From Eledone cirrhosa (Eukaryota), in assembly GCA_964016885.1 (NCBI GenBank), contig OZ024752.1, positions 41,788,001-41,852,000 on the forward strand: a stretch of DNA of 64,000 nt. The letters run 5' to 3'. A program made the translations under genes and the position numbers. The notes beneath the pieces were generated by a model. The model searched no databases. It saw only the letters and a list, made by a program, of their open reading frames with translations, and was not told the DNA's origin. This document shows, piece after piece, positions 1-13,791 of the stretch. Each line of letters begins with the position of its first letter. Within the stretch, counting starts at the first letter, position 1.

Positions 1-490
1 AAAAACGAAGGAGAGGCGGTTTTTCTCTGTGTGGTAGCCATGGCTAAAGAAGTTGTATGGTGGACGAGGCTGAAAGGGCTGAGGTCAGACACCTTTCTCT
101 CCGGCCAACAACTGGTCCCCTTTTTCAAATACCATTTTAAAAGAAGGATCAGAATGGAGAGAGAGGTGCTCTACCCCAGCAAGTTTTATGAAAGGTGGGT
201 GAAAGTAGGGAGAATGGCCAGAGTGAATGGGTCTTCTCTCTATATCAGCCTGTAGGTGAAAGAAGAGGAAAAAGCGGAGACGAGGGAAGCACCTACTCTT
301 TGTGCTCCTGAGGAGAAGGGTTACACATTTTTTCCGGGGTGTGTGCGACCCATGTTAATGCCCCCTCCCTATTGAGGACTTCGTTTGTTGTTGTTATTTC
401 ATTGTTATATTTTTGTACTCGTTAATTATATGTAAACTTCCCCCCTTGTATCTGTCCCTACCTTTTGTGCCCTAGTGGCAAATAAAGAAA
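1..490 (+). mobile_element. 3' end of L1/Tx1-clade LINE (ORF2 C-terminus plus 3'UTR)
   Basis: ORF 31-255 ...AMAKEVVWWTRLKG...FYERWVKV...SL* resembles the L1/Tx1 ORF2 tail (AK..VW..R). The UTR ends in AATAAAGAAAC. Homologous copies at 44383 and 46020. Confidence 0.8.
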
Positions 491-492
491 CC

Positions 493-1280
493 ACTCTATA
501 TTTACTATTGTATTTTCACAGTAAAGGCTTTAACTTACATAATTATCTCACATAACATTTACATTACTCTATATATACTATTGTATTTTCACAGTAAAGG
601 CTTTAACTTACATAATTATCTCACATAACATTTACATTACTCTATATTTACTATTGTATTTTCACAGTAAAGGCTTTAACTTACATAATTATCTCACATA
701 ACATTTACATTACTCTATATTTACTATTGTATTTTCACAGTAAAGGCTTTAACTTACATAATTATCTCACATAACATTTACATTACTCTATATATACTAT
801 TGTATTTTCACAGTAAAGGCTTTACCTCACAATATCTCACATAACATTTACATTACTCTATATATACTATTGTATTTTCACAGTAAAGGCTTTACCTCAC
901 ATAACATCTCACATAACATTTACATTACTCTATATATACTATTGTATTTTCACAGTAAAGGCTTTACCTCACATAACATCTCACATAACATTTACATTAC
1001 TCTATATTTACTATTGTATTTTCACAGTAAAGGCTTTAACTTACATAATTATCTCACATAACATTTACATTACTCTATATATACTATTGTATTTCCACAG
1101 TAAAGGCTTTAACTTACATAATTATCTCACATAATATTGAATCTACAAGATTTTGATGTTATTTGTTTTGAGAACAATACCTTAATGTAGGTACGAATGA
1201 CCAGTTACAGCCAGTTTGAACAGAAAGTGGTGAGAGAGAGTTCTGGACAGATATGGCAAGTTTAAATTTGAAAAGGTTAA
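493..1280 (+). repeat. ~73-bp tandem array (~9 units) inside a piggyBac-like MITE
   Basis: The unit ACTCTATATTTACTATTGTATTTTCACAGTAAAGGC... recurs every ~73 bp to ~1135, then continues as the MITE body and ends AAGG-TTAA. Confidence 0.85.
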
Positions 1281-1611
1281 TCACCTCATCTACCATACTG
1301 CTATCAACTTTGATGGCAGTCCCTCAGTTGGGTTTACTTGGGGTAGACCCATATATATATATATATATATAATTGGTTATGCACGAGTGCATTAATGTTT
1401 TCCAGGACACAGTGTTATGTACCGTGTAGGGGAATGTCAGCTTACAACAAAGTGGTGCTCAACGAAATGCAGAAAATGGGTGTATATTCCAGTTTAGCTA
1501 TATTCCGGGGCGTGTATAAAGAATTAAAAAGATTAGAAAGATGCAGTAAAAGAGATTTACTTGGTTCTTACGTACGTTTTAATTTGCCTAGATCTCGCTA
1601 TATATATATAT

Positions 1612-1847
1612 ATTATCAAAAAAATGAAAAATCAGTGATGCATCTGGACTTAGTTTATTTCGTGTTACAAATGTTTCGCTGGCATGTAGCTCGAGTCATG
1701 GTCCTTTGTGTCTGAAAGAACCCGCAGAAGTAGAATCAGCCAGATCCATACAAGGAACATGACTTGAGCTACATGCTGGCAAAACATTTGTAACACGAAA
1801 TAAACTAAGTCCAGATGCATCACTGATTTTTCGTTTTTTTTGATAAT
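1612..1847. repeat. Long inverted repeat (~100-bp arms) between (TA)n tracts, Penelope-like relic
   Basis: 1612-1712 is the reverse complement of 1743-1847 with few mismatches. Confidence 0.75.
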
Positions 1848-2059
1848 TCCTATACTCTACTCTGATGAATATCGAGTGCTAAATTTGGCTTACTGCCTTC
1901 GGAAGCACCATAGCTACCACTATACACAAATATATATATATATATATATATGTGTGAATGAAGTAATTCCATCGGAAAAGTCCAGGAAAAAAGAGTGCTC
2001 TATGTATGCAACAGAGCTTAATTATTATTATTATGTAATAAACAACATAAGGCAATTAT

Positions 2060-2117
2060 TCCATTTACCAGTGGTTTCTTAAAAGCAAAAGGTTTTGCTT
2101 TCAATCCTCAGAATGAA
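2060..2117 (-). ncRNA. Type-I hammerhead ribozyme motif (family a), inverted copy
   Basis: Reverse complement of the 2131-2188 motif. Confidence 0.8.
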
Positions 2118-2130
2118 AAATCCTGGTTTT

Positions 2131-2188
2131 TTCATTCTGAGGATTGAAAGCAAAACCTTTTGCTTTTAAGAAACCACTGGTAAATGGA
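2131..2188 (+). ncRNA. Type-I hammerhead ribozyme motif (family a)
   Basis: TTCATT-CTGAGGA-[TTGAAAGCAAAA cc TTTTGCTTTTAA]-GAAA-CCACTGG-TA-AATGGA: stems I, II, III and core are all present. Confidence 0.85.
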
Positions 2189-2221
2189 ATAATTGCCTTA
2201 TGTTGTTTATTACATAATAAT

Positions 2222-2313
<92 letters not shown>

Positions 2314-3319
2314 TTATAGTAAAAGTGCATGAAAAAAAAAAAAAAATTTAAATTTAAAAAAAAATTAAACAATTCAAAAGCTCATCAGATCAGAATAAAA
2401 ATGTTGTTGTTTTCTATTTGAAAATCTTTTTGTCTAGAAAATATTTTCTGACTCAACCAAATAACATTCTTTTGCTGTTAAGGACTTTAAAACTGATGGG
2501 ATTTTATTTCTGCTTTTTAGTTATTTTATTTTTATTATTGATAATATTTGTGGTGGTGGTGGTGGTGGTTGTGAGGGTTGATGATGGTGATGATGATGAT
2601 GATGATGATGATTATGACAACAATGATAATGATGATGGTGGTGGTGGTGATAATGATGAGGGTGATGATTATGACAACAATGATAATGATGATGAGGGTG
2701 GTGATAATGATGAGGGTGATGATTATGACGATGATGATGATGATGATATATTTTGTTTTTGGGATGTTACTCAGATATATTTGATCTAATCTGTGAAAAA
2801 AAAATAAGGGATAAGAGGAAAGCAACATTCTTCTTTCTTTCTTGAGAATGTTATGTCAGAAGAGGGTGAGCTGGGTGGAAGAAATATGAAAATATAAACA
2901 GAATTAAGTACAAATAAAAAACAAACACGCTCACACACTCTCACTATCACACACACATTTTTATTCACTATTATCAATACACAGAAATGCAACACACCAA
3001 CACAGTTTCAACAATTTTCTGTAGTCTTCACTTTAATCTACCAAAGATAATTGTATCAGTAGCAATAATGAATGAAAGGTCACTCAATCACTATAGAAAC
3101 AGAGTCATGATTTAAATAGTTAACAGAGATGAACTAGTCACTAATTGAGCCATAATTAGGTGTATTATATCCCACCGAGGTTAACTTTGCCTTTCATAAA
3201 ATAAAGTACCAGTAATACACTGGCCGATAAAATAAAGTACCAGTAATACACTGGCCGATAAAATAAAGTACCAGTAATACACTGGGATAATTGCTGGCCT
3301 TATGCCAAAAGTAGATACA

Positions 3320-3362
<43 letters not shown>

Positions 3363-3459
3363 TGTGTGTGAATAGCACTCTAGTTCAGTAAACACGATGG
3401 CTGGGAGACCCTTTCGGGAACTCATATGTCTGCTGGACGCACGAGCAGAAGGATATATA

Positions 3460-3700
3460 ACACACATTACTATTCTAAAACATATCTTTCTTATTAGAGA
3501 AGGTCTCTAACGCATCTTTCTCATAACACACACTACTATACTAAAACACATCTTTCTTATTAGAGAAGGTCTCTAACGCATCTTTCTCATAACACACACT
3601 ACTATACTAAAACACATCTTTCTTATTAGAGAAGATCTCTAACGCATCTTTCTCATAACACACACTACTATACTAAAACACATCTTTCCTATAACACACA
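3460..3700. repeat. 66-bp tandem repeat (~3.5 units)
   Basis: CACTACTATACTAAAACACATCTTTC... starts at 3531, 3597 and 3663. Confidence 0.85.
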
Positions 3701-3782
3701 TTATAAAAATCGAATTTCATGACAACAACAGATGCATGAATTACATCTTGATTGCATGGGAGAACCGTTGAAATAATTATAT

Positions 3783-4145
3783 GGTTGCTAATGGGTTACA
3801 TATGAATAAAGTTAGTCCTTCATCAGTGATCTTCCAACCATCATTGGTATTTCATCGCTTTAAAGACCATATACCTCTGGTTGGTGCAAGCAACGGCTAA
3901 AAAAAGTCATTGGGACACGTAAATAAAGGGGACACGAGAGTGTAAACAAACAAAGATGGTGAAGCAATGAAAAGTGTTTGTTTACACTCTCGTGTCCCCT
4001 TTATTTACGTGTCCCAACGACTTTTTTTAGCCATTGCTCGCACCAACCGGAGCTATATGGTCTTTAAAGCGATGAAATACCAATGATGGTTGGAAGATCA
4101 CTGATGAAGGACTAACTTTATTCATATGTAACCCATTAGCAACCA
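3783..4145. repeat. Long inverted repeat (~170-bp arms), Penelope-like relic
   Basis: GGTTGCTAATGGG...AAACAAA mirrors TTTGTTT...CCCATTAGCAACC. It is followed by (TA)n. Confidence 0.8.
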
Positions 4146-4159
4146 CGCAGCACGTTTAT

Positions 4160-4195
<36 letters not shown>

Positions 4196-4611
4196 TTTTG
4201 GGGTTCTGAAGATGAGGTCTGATCATAACTCAATTTTTATATCACCAAGACCTATTAATTAAAAAAATGATGGTGGTGGTAGTGATGATGATGGTGGTGG
4301 TGTTGATGATGATGGTGGTGGTGGTGGTAGTGATGATGATGGTGGTAGTGATGATGATGGTGGAGGTAGTAGTGATGCTGATGGCGAGTGATGATGATGA
4401 TGATGATGAAGATAATGGTACTTTCCAAAGCAAGTTAGATAACTCTAACTGTATCTGATTAACTAGTTAACTTGTTATCTAACTTTAAATAAGTACCACA
4501 GTAACACACCCACAACTAAACAGCTGGTTCTAGCAATGGTGTCTAAGGGAGGGTATTTAGCTAACCATAAACATATCCCCCAACAATGGATGACATTTAT
4601 TTGTACAATGT

Positions 4612-5460
4612 GGAGGCACATGGCTTAGTGGTTAAAGCATTGGCCTTGCAATCGAAAGGTTGTGAATTCAATTCTCAGACCGGGTGATGTGTTGTTTCCT
4701 TGAGCAAGACACTTTATTTCACTTTGCTCCAGTTTACTCAGCTGTAGAAATGATATGATAGGGACTGGGGTCCATATCATTCCACTGCAAAGTGGTCGTG
4801 GAGGTGCCACAGCAAAAAAGCACCCAGCACTCACTGTAAATGAGGTTGGTGTTAGGAAGGGCATCCAGCTGTAGAAATAAGATGATAGGGACTGGGGTCC
4901 ATATCATTCCACTGCAAAGTGGTCGTGGAGGTGCCACAGCAAAAAAGCACCCAGCACTCACTGTAAATGAGGTTGGTGTTAGGAAGGGCATCCAGCTGTA
5001 GAAATGATATGATAGGGACTGGGGTCCATATCATTCCACTGCAAAGTGGTCGTGGAGGTGCCACAGCAAAAAAGCACCCAGCACTCACTGTAAATGAGGT
5101 TGGTGTTAGGAAGGGCATCCAGCTGTAGAAATAAGATGATAGGGACCCCAGTCCCTATCATTCCACTGCAAAGTGGTTGTGGAGGTGCCACAGCAAAAAA
5201 GCACCCAGCACTCACTGTAAATGAGGTTGGTGTTAGGAAGGGCATCCAGCTGTAGAAATGAGATGATAGGGACTGGGGTCCCTATCATTCCACTGCAAAG
5301 TGGTTGTGGAGGTGCCACAGCAAAAAAGCACCCAGCACTCACTGTAAATGAGGTTGGTGTTAGGAAGGGCATCCAGCTGTTGATGATGATATTGAAGTAA
5401 ACTGAGGTAGAATGATCAGAATAAAAAGCAACATGCAAGCGTGGAAGATGGACGTTAAAC

Positions 5461-5500
<40 letters not shown>
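4612..5500 (+). mobile_element. tRNA-derived SINE family A with internal 127-bp unit amplified 5x
   Basis: Head GGAGGCACATGGCTTAGTGG (A box)...AATTCAATTC (B-box-like) and CORE-like CCTTGAGCAAGACACTT. GCTGTAGAAA recurs at 4741, 4868, 4995, 5122 and 5249. (GAT)n tail. Confidence 0.85.
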
Positions 5501-5506
<6 letters not shown>

Positions 5507-5587
5507 GACTATACATATACATTATATGTATGAATATGTGTGTGTTATAGAGTTATGGCCCTTTGCGTTATGAGAGGCTCCCTAGAA

Positions 5588-6491
5588 CAGGCATGTCAAA
5601 CTGAGCGTCCCCCAAGGGCCACATGTGTCACATATGTGTTGTCTGAGGGCCACATGTGTCACATATGTGTTGTCTGAGGGCTACATGTGTCACATATGTG
5701 TTGTTTGAGGGCCACATGTGTCACATATGTGTTGTCTGAGGGCTACATGTGTCACATATGTGTTGTCTGAGGGCCACATGTGTCACATATGTGTTGTCTG
5801 AGGGCTACATGTGTCACATATGTGTTGTTTGAGGGCCACATGTGTCACATATGTGTTGTCTGAGGGCCACATGTGTCACACATGTGTTGTTTGAGGGCCA
5901 CATGTGTCACATATGTGTTGTCTGAGGGCTACATGTGTCACATACGTGTTGTCTGAGGGCCACATGTGTCACATATGTGTTGTCTGAGGGACACATGTGT
6001 CACATATGTGTTGTTTGAGGGCCACATGTGTCACATATGTGTTGTCTGAGGGCTACATGTGTCACATATGTGTTGTCTGAGGGCTACATGTGTCACATAT
6101 GTGTTGTCTGAGGGCCACATGTGTCACATATGTGTTGTTTGAGGGCCACATGTGTCACATATGTGTTGTCTGAGGGCCACATGTGTCACATATGTGTGTT
6201 GTCTGGGGGCCACATGGATCACATATGTGTTGTCTGAGGGCCACATGTGTCACATGTGTTGTCTGATGGCCACATGTGTCACATATGTGTTGTCTGAGGA
6301 CCACATGTGTCACATATGTGTTGTCTGAGGGCCACACATGACAACTAATTGCACACATTATAACTATTTTTTTTTTTTATTTTATATTATGAAGATAAAA
6401 CATGCTTGTGCAGTAAAATCCTTTGTGTGGGCCACAGGTATGCTTGTAAAAGGCCGCATGCATCCCACAGGCTGCATGTTTGACATCTCTG
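5588..6491. mobile_element. hAT (Charlie-like) MITE containing a 31-bp tandem array (~23 units)
   Basis: TIRs CAGGCATGTCAAAC / GTTTGACATCTCTG. Identical 8-bp TSD CCCTAGAA at 5580-5587 and 6492-6499. Unit GAGGGCCACATGTGTCACATATGTGTTGTCT. Confidence 0.9.
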
Positions 6492-6957
6492 CCCTAGAAG
6501 TTGCTGACAGCTTTTGTTACCTCAGAGTAACATCCCACTTACATATGTTCATGCACTCTACAAAATGCACCAGTTGCATTTTATCATGACAGCAGCACTA
6601 GAGAGATTGTCATATCAACCCAAGAGTTCTTGCTACCCTTTGTTTGGCAAATTTTCAATGGTTGGATGCCCTTCCTATTATCAACCACTTTACAGAGTGT
6701 ACTGGGCTTATTTTATCATGTCTCCAACACTAGAGAGGTTGCCATGCCTTTGATACAACTGTAAATGTGGTTGCACTCACAGATACTACATCTAATGTTG
6801 TGCAGTGTCTTTCCATACTTTACAGCAATGTCTGGTCTCCTAGCCAGAATCACTTCATCACATTGTTTGTTAGAATCCTACAACAATTATATTTCTTGAC
6901 TTATCATGTCTCCAACACTAGAGAGGTTGTCATGCCTTTGATACAACTGTAAATGTG

Positions 6958-7112
6958 GTTGATGTTAGGAAGGGCATCCAAGCGTAGAAACCCTGCCAGA
7001 GACAGTCCTATAACTAGCAAGACACAATCACCCGACCAATCTTGCCTCAAGTGGGACAATTCCTGTCTAACCCATGCTAGCGTCGAAGATAGACATTAAA
7101 CGATGATGATGA
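6958..7112 (+). mobile_element. Bipartite non-autonomous RTE-derived element
   Basis: GTTAGGAAGGGCATCC...CCCATGCTAGC...GACATTAAAC-(GAT)n. Confidence 0.75.
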
Positions 7113-8282
7113 AGACTAGTATCAACTCTACATTTAAATAGATATAATCTATTTTGTCATATTTATGAAAACATTTCTGTTTATTAACCTATACTACTTT
7201 TAGAGGCATCAGTGAAGTCTTCACTTCCCACCCTCCAAAATTACCAGGAAATGTCACCAAATGAAACTAAATTCAATAGTGCCATGTCTCATGACAATAC
7301 AACAGCACCCCACCCACCCCACACAACCCCCCTCCCCCTACACACACACACACACACACACTATCTCCCTGTGTGAAACAATGTGTATTTATATCTGGAA
7401 AAGTTGAAGAGTCATCCATGAAATCGCGACAACTTCCACCGCCACCCACCACCACCACCGCCGCCACTACACCACCACCACCATCAGCTCCACCACCACC
7501 ACCACCACCGCCACTACACCACCACCGCCATCAGCTCCACCATCAGCTCCACCACCATCAGCACCACCACCACCGCCACTATACCACCACCGCCACTACA
7601 CCACCACCACCACCACCATCCCCACCGCCACCACCACCACCACCACCACCATCACCACCACCACCACCACCACTGCCGCCACCACCACCAAATTAACCAA
7701 GGATGAATTACTAAGTGGCACTAAATTCAAAAGTGCCATACTCCATGACAACATAACTATTTCTTGTGGTCCTTACTCTTTCTATGTACCTCTCTCTCCC
7801 CTCTCTCTCTTCCTTTCTTTCCCCCTCTCTCTCTGCTCCTTCTCTCTCACTCCCCCTTTTCTCTCTCTCCCCCTTTTCTGTCTCTCCTCTCCTCTCTCTC
7901 CTCTCTCTCTTCCTTTCTTTCCCCCTCTCTCTCTGCCCCTTCTCTCTCACTCCCCCTTTTCTCTCTCTCTCTCCTCTCTCACTCCCCCTTTTCTCTCTCT
8001 CCCCCTTTTCTGTCTCTCCTCTCCTCTCACTCCCCCTTTTCTCTCTCTCTCCTCTCTCACTCCCCCTTTTCTCTCTCTCCTCTCTCTCTCTCTCCTCTCC
8101 CCCTTCTCCCCCCCCTCTCTCACCACACTCTTTGTGAAACAACATGCCTTTATATCTACAACTGTCTTTCACGAAATTGTTAATCCCTCCCCCATCACCA
8201 CCACCACCACCACCACCGACCCTAAATTTACCGGAATATGTTACTATGAGGCATTAGATTCAATAATTCCATATATTAACCC

Positions 8283-8352
<70 letters not shown>

Positions 8353-8530
8353 CTCTCTCTCTCTCTCTATCTATCTCTCTCTCTGTGAAAAAACAGAGTT
8401 GTAATATTTGGAGAACAACTGAAGAGTTTTCCATGAAATCCCAACAAAAAACAGTGATTTACCAAAAACAACTCCATTCTATGAAGTGTTACCGGATGGA
8501 ATAGCGTTATGTTTTTTTGATTACATAACT

Positions 8531-8570
<40 letters not shown>

Positions 8571-8634
8571 ATATTTCCAACCGATAAGGTATGATTTTCA
8601 TGGGTACGTCTCTATTTATAAAACAAACTTTTTA

Positions 8635-8695
8635 TTTTATCTGATGAAAGCGCACCAATGTTGTCTTGGTTGCTCTTGAAATATATATAATAAAA
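8635..8695 (+). ncRNA. Type-I hammerhead ribozyme motif (family b)
   Basis: TTTTAT-CTGATGA-[AAGCGCACCA..TGGTTGCTCTT]-GAAA-TATATA-TA-ATAAAA. Confidence 0.8.
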
Positions 8696-8831
8696 TAAAT
8701 ATGGTTTTATAAATATAGTTTCCATTTATTTAATATCATTGAATATTTACTCCAGTAATCTGTTGAGTGTTCTAAATCAGTTATAAGCATTTATATTTGT
8801 TGGACTTCCAACAAATTAAATATAACATCTA

Positions 8832-8876
<45 letters not shown>

Positions 8877-8881
8877 TCATC

Positions 8882-9066
8882 GTGGATTGGCAGTATCGGT
8901 AGAGGGTCGGACGCCATGTTTTCCAGCATAGTTACGTCCCTTTACGATCTGTGTTCAAATCCCGCCGAGGTTGACTTTGCCTTTCATCCTTACGGGGTCG
9001 ATAAAATAAAGTACCAGTAACGCACTGGGTAATTGCTGGCCTTGTGCCTAAAGTAGAAACAATTAT
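8882..9066 (+). mobile_element. tRNA-derived SINE family B
   Basis: TGGCAGTATCGGTAGAG...GTTCAAATCC...GACTTTGCCTTTCATCC...GTAGAAACAATTATT. At least 7 copies in the window. Confidence 0.85.
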
Positions 9067-9072
9067 TTTACA

Positions 9073-9770
9073 TCTACTTTTCCCTGCTTGCAAGAGTGGG
9101 ACGCGTCCTCTTCAGCACAGCATCTTTCCATTCATCACGGTCCCTCGTCATCTTCTCTGTTGTGAGCTTCAGCGATCTGAGGTCAGCTCTCACCACCTCC
9201 ACCCAACCCATGCTAGCATGGAAGATGGACATTAAACGATGATGATGATGATGATGATATGTGTGAATTGGTGTTAGGAAGGGCATCCAGCCGTAGAAAA
9301 CCCGCCAGACAGTCCTATGCGAGCAAGACAACCACTCTTGCCTCAAGTGGGAAAACTCCCGTCCAAACCCATGCAAGCGTGGAATATGGACGTTAAACGA
9401 TGATGATGATGATGATGATATATATATATATATATTCCCCACAGGAACAAGCTGAAGCTGAAGCATATAGATAATATGCCCCCACACCCTCCCACTGCAA
9501 AGTGGTCGTGGAGGTGCCACGGCAAAAAGAGCACCCAGCCCACACTGTAAAGTGGACGTGTAGGTGCCACGAAAAAGCACCCAGCCCTCACTGTAAATGA
9601 GGTTGGTGTTAGGAAGGGCATCCAGCTGTAGAAATCAAGCCAGAATCAGTTCCTGTATGAGCAAGGCATGGTCAGCCGACCGGACTCTGCCCACAACAGG
9701 ACAACCCGTCTAACCCATGCTAGCGTGGAAGAATGGATGTAAAACGGTGATGATGATGATGATGGTGGCG
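9073..9770. mobile_element. Cluster of RTE 3' fragment (-) and bipartite RTE-derived elements (+)
   Basis: Minus-strand peptide ..EVVRADLRSLKLTTEKMTRDRDEWKDAVLKRTRP; several GTTAGGAAGGGCATCCAGC...(GAT)n units. Confidence 0.8.
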
Positions 9771-10295
9771 GTGGTAGTATTGGTAGTGGTGATGGTGGTA
9801 GTAGTGATGATGATGGTGGCGGTGGTAGTATTGGCAGTGGTGATGGTGGTAGTAGTGGTAGTGGTGATGGTGGCGGTGGTAGTATTGGTAGTGGTGGTGG
9901 TGGTGGTGGTAGTGGTGATGGCAGTGGTAGTGGTAGTAGTGATGGTGATGATGATGGTGGTAGTAGTGATGGTGATGATGATGGTGGTGGTGGTAGTAGT
10001 GATGATGGTGGTGGTAGTAGTGATGCTGGTGGCAGTGATGCTGCTACTGATGATTGACGATGATTCTGGATGCTCCCGAGAGAGAAAAATCCCTAACAGC
10101 TAGTCCAGCTTATCAAATTCTGTTGGTGGGTGTGGTTGTCATGTGTTGATAGATAGTTTCTGGGAGGGGGTGAGGTGGGGGGTAGGGGCTGGTATTGTTG
10201 AATATTCCTCCCCCCCCTCCCCCTCCCTCTAATATAAGACATATCTTTGACGGCACTGAGAAAAATGTCAATGATTCTAATAACAGTAGTTACTT

Positions 10296-10700
10296 GTGAT
10301 CATCATTATAATCATTTTTACATCTGTTTTTCTATACTTGCATGGGTTGGATGGATCTTTTTCAACCAACACAGCATCTCTCCACTTGCCACATTCCTTC
10401 ATCATCTCTTCTGGGAGTCTCAGCTATTTGAGATCAGTTCTCACCACCGCTGCCAAGGTCTTTCTTGGTCTACCTCTACTGCAGCTTCCTTCCACTAGGA
10501 TTTCCTGGCTTTTGTTAGCACAGCAAACACCATCCATGCGTATTACATGTTCGTACCAATGCAGTCTTCTCTTCTGCACACCGCCTCGGATTCCTCTTAA
10601 ACCTAGCTTCTTCATCATTTCATCCAAGTTCTCGGTTTTTTTTACATTTACATTGTATATCCAACGAAGCATGGTTGCTTCGTTTTTCTCCAGTGATTAA
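10296..10700 (-). mobile_element. RTE-clade LINE 3' fragment
   Basis: ORF 10424-10672 MLRWIYNV...RRLHWYEHVIRM...RGRPRKT matches the RTE RT C-terminal motifs. Confidence 0.85.
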
Positions 10701-11512
10701 AACTTTAAAGGATATTTCCAGTCGAACCTTCTGTTGTTTTAAATATATATACCACCAGAGGGCATCAGCCCCAGTGTTTTTTTGCAATAACACTCTGTAT
10801 AGTGGTTGGCATTACGAAGGGCATCCAACTGTAGAAACCATGCTAAAAATGGGGCACATCTGAACAAAATACAGCTCCTCAACCTGACAATGAGGTCAAT
10901 AGGTCTAAGTACTGACTTGGTCTTTTTCACAAAAGAAAATGCCAATGATTATCAAATAATTTTGAATTTAAATTCTCATAATTTGAAGGGATTTAGTAAT
11001 ATAACTAAAGCTGGTGTTAGGAACATAACAAAAGTTCTTACAAGAAATTATGACATAAGGTTTTTACATAAATATATACACTTTAAAACACAACTTTATA
11101 TCATAGAAACTTGAGGCAGTTTTGGGCAGTTGGATAGCCAAAGTGTTATGATACATGAGAGAAAAATGGTTAGACAGACAAAAAGGCTAAGAAAGGAAAT
11201 GCTTTTATTCTGTATAAGCATGCTAGCAGGGAAAACAGGACGTAAAATGATATCGATGAAGACTGAGATATTTCGAAGAGAGAGGCGGGGTAGTAAGTTT
11301 GTAGCCATTCTCCAGGGCACTAGAGTACTTTAAGGGATCTGACAGTAATATAATATAAAGAGAAAGGACAGCTAGTCTTTAAAATGGTACAACTATGCAA
11401 TTAAGTTTAGCTTAGTCCTTTACAGAGTTTCCATTTGTCCCTCTCTATGTTCACAGTTGAAATTCCTCTAGGGTTGGGTTGGTAAATTTAGAAATGGTAA
11501 TATTCACAGATT

Positions 11513-13510
11513 GACAACAACAATAACACCATCATCACCACCAATAGCAACAACAGAAACATATACCACCACCACCACCACCACCACCACCACCACCACC
11601 ACCACCACCACCACCAACAAGAAAAACTACCAACAACAATTTCAACACCATCATCACTACCAACAACAACAACAGCATCACCACCACCCCCACCACCACC
11701 ACCACCACCACCACCACCACCAACAAGAAAAACTACCAACAGCAATTTCAACACCATCATCACCACCAACAACAACAACAACAGCATCACCACCACCACT
11801 AACACCACTAACAACACCATCAACAACAAGAAAAACTACCAACAACAATTTCAACACCATCATCACCACCAACAACAACAACAGCATCACCACCACCACT
11901 AGCACCACTAACAACACCATCAACAACAAGAAAAACTACCAACAACAATTTCAACACCATCATCACTACCAACAACAACAACAGCATCACCACCACCACT
12001 AGCACCACTAACAACACCATCAACAACAACACCAACGCCAACACCAACAACAACAGTACCACCACCAACACCAACAGCATCATCATCACCACTACTAACA
12101 TCACTAACAACACCACCAACACCAACAACAACAACAACACCACCAACAACAACAGTACCACCACCAACAACAACAACACCACCAACAACACCAACAACAA
12201 CAACAGTACCACCACCAACAACAACAGTACCACCACCACCACCAACAACAACACCAACAACAACAACAGTATTACCACCACCAACAACAACAACACCAAC
12301 AACAACAACACCAACAACAACAACACCAACAACAACAACAGTACCACCACCAACAACAACAGTACCACCACCACCACCAACAACAACACCAACAACAACA
12401 ACAGTACCACCACCACCAACAACAGTACCACCACCACCACCAACAACAACACCAACAACAACAACAGTATTACCACCACCAACAACAACAACACCAACAA
12501 CAACAACACCACTAACAACACCATCATCACCACCAACAACAGCAGCAGTACCACCACCACACCTCCACCACCAACAACAACAACAGCAACAGCAACAACA
12601 ACAACATTTATCTATAAGAGACAAAACATAATACACATATCAAATGTAGCCATATAATATATATACACTGACATGTATACATGCAGGCATATATATACAT
12701 ACACACAGACATATATACACACTGACATGTATACATGCAGGCATATATATATATACACACAGACATATATACACACTGACATGTATACATGCAGGCGTAT
12801 ATATACATACACACAGACATATATACACACTGACATGTATACATGCAGGCATATATATACATACACACAGACATATATACACACTGACATGTATACATGC
12901 AGGCATATATACACAGAGATTTATATACACTGACATATATACACAAAGACATATATATATATATACACACTGACATATATATACACTGACATATATACAC
13001 TGACATATATATACACCAACATATATATACACCAACATATATATATACACAGACATATATATACACAGACATATATACACCGACATATATACACTGACAT
13101 ATATATACACCAACATATATATACACCAACATATATATATACACAGACATATATATACACAGACATATATACACCGACATATATACACTGACATATATAT
13201 ACACCAACATATATATACACCGACATATATATATACACAGACATATATATACACAGACATATATACACCGACATATATACACTGACATATATATACACCA
13301 ACATATATATACACCGACATATATATATATATACACCGACATATATATATATATACACCAACATATATCCACACAGACATATATCCACAGACATATACAC
13401 ACATATATACATACACAGATATATACACAGATATACATACACATATATATATATATATATATACACAGACACATATATACTTATACAGATATATATATAT
13501 ACACATATAC
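11513..13510. repeat. (CAA/CAC)n compound microsatellite followed by TA/CA-rich minisatellite
   Basis: Direct inspection. Confidence 0.9.
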
Positions 13511-13791
13511 ACAGAAAATTACAAAGTAACACCCAAAAATAAAAAAGCTCAACAATAACACAACAACTCCACCTAAATATAAAAGCTTTCGCTCCAGATA
13601 TTGTAAATATATAAAACTAATACTATTGTACAAAGCTATGCTTGAAGCGAAATCCTATCTCTTTTTTATTATAAGTTGAGCCAACTTATGCAGCTTCATA
13701 TGCAAATGAGATTAATCACCTCATTTACATAGACGAGAAAAGTATATATTCTCGCCTGTCTTCTAGTCCAACAGTCGCAAGCGGTGTGAGG

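Noticed and set aside
1862-1910. CTGATGA as a hammerhead core
   Set aside because: No GAAA, stem II or UH arrangement follows.
4070-4145. GAAA...CTGATGAAGGAC as a type I or II hammerhead
   Set aside because: No downstream GAAA, and the permuted reading lacks UH and stem I.
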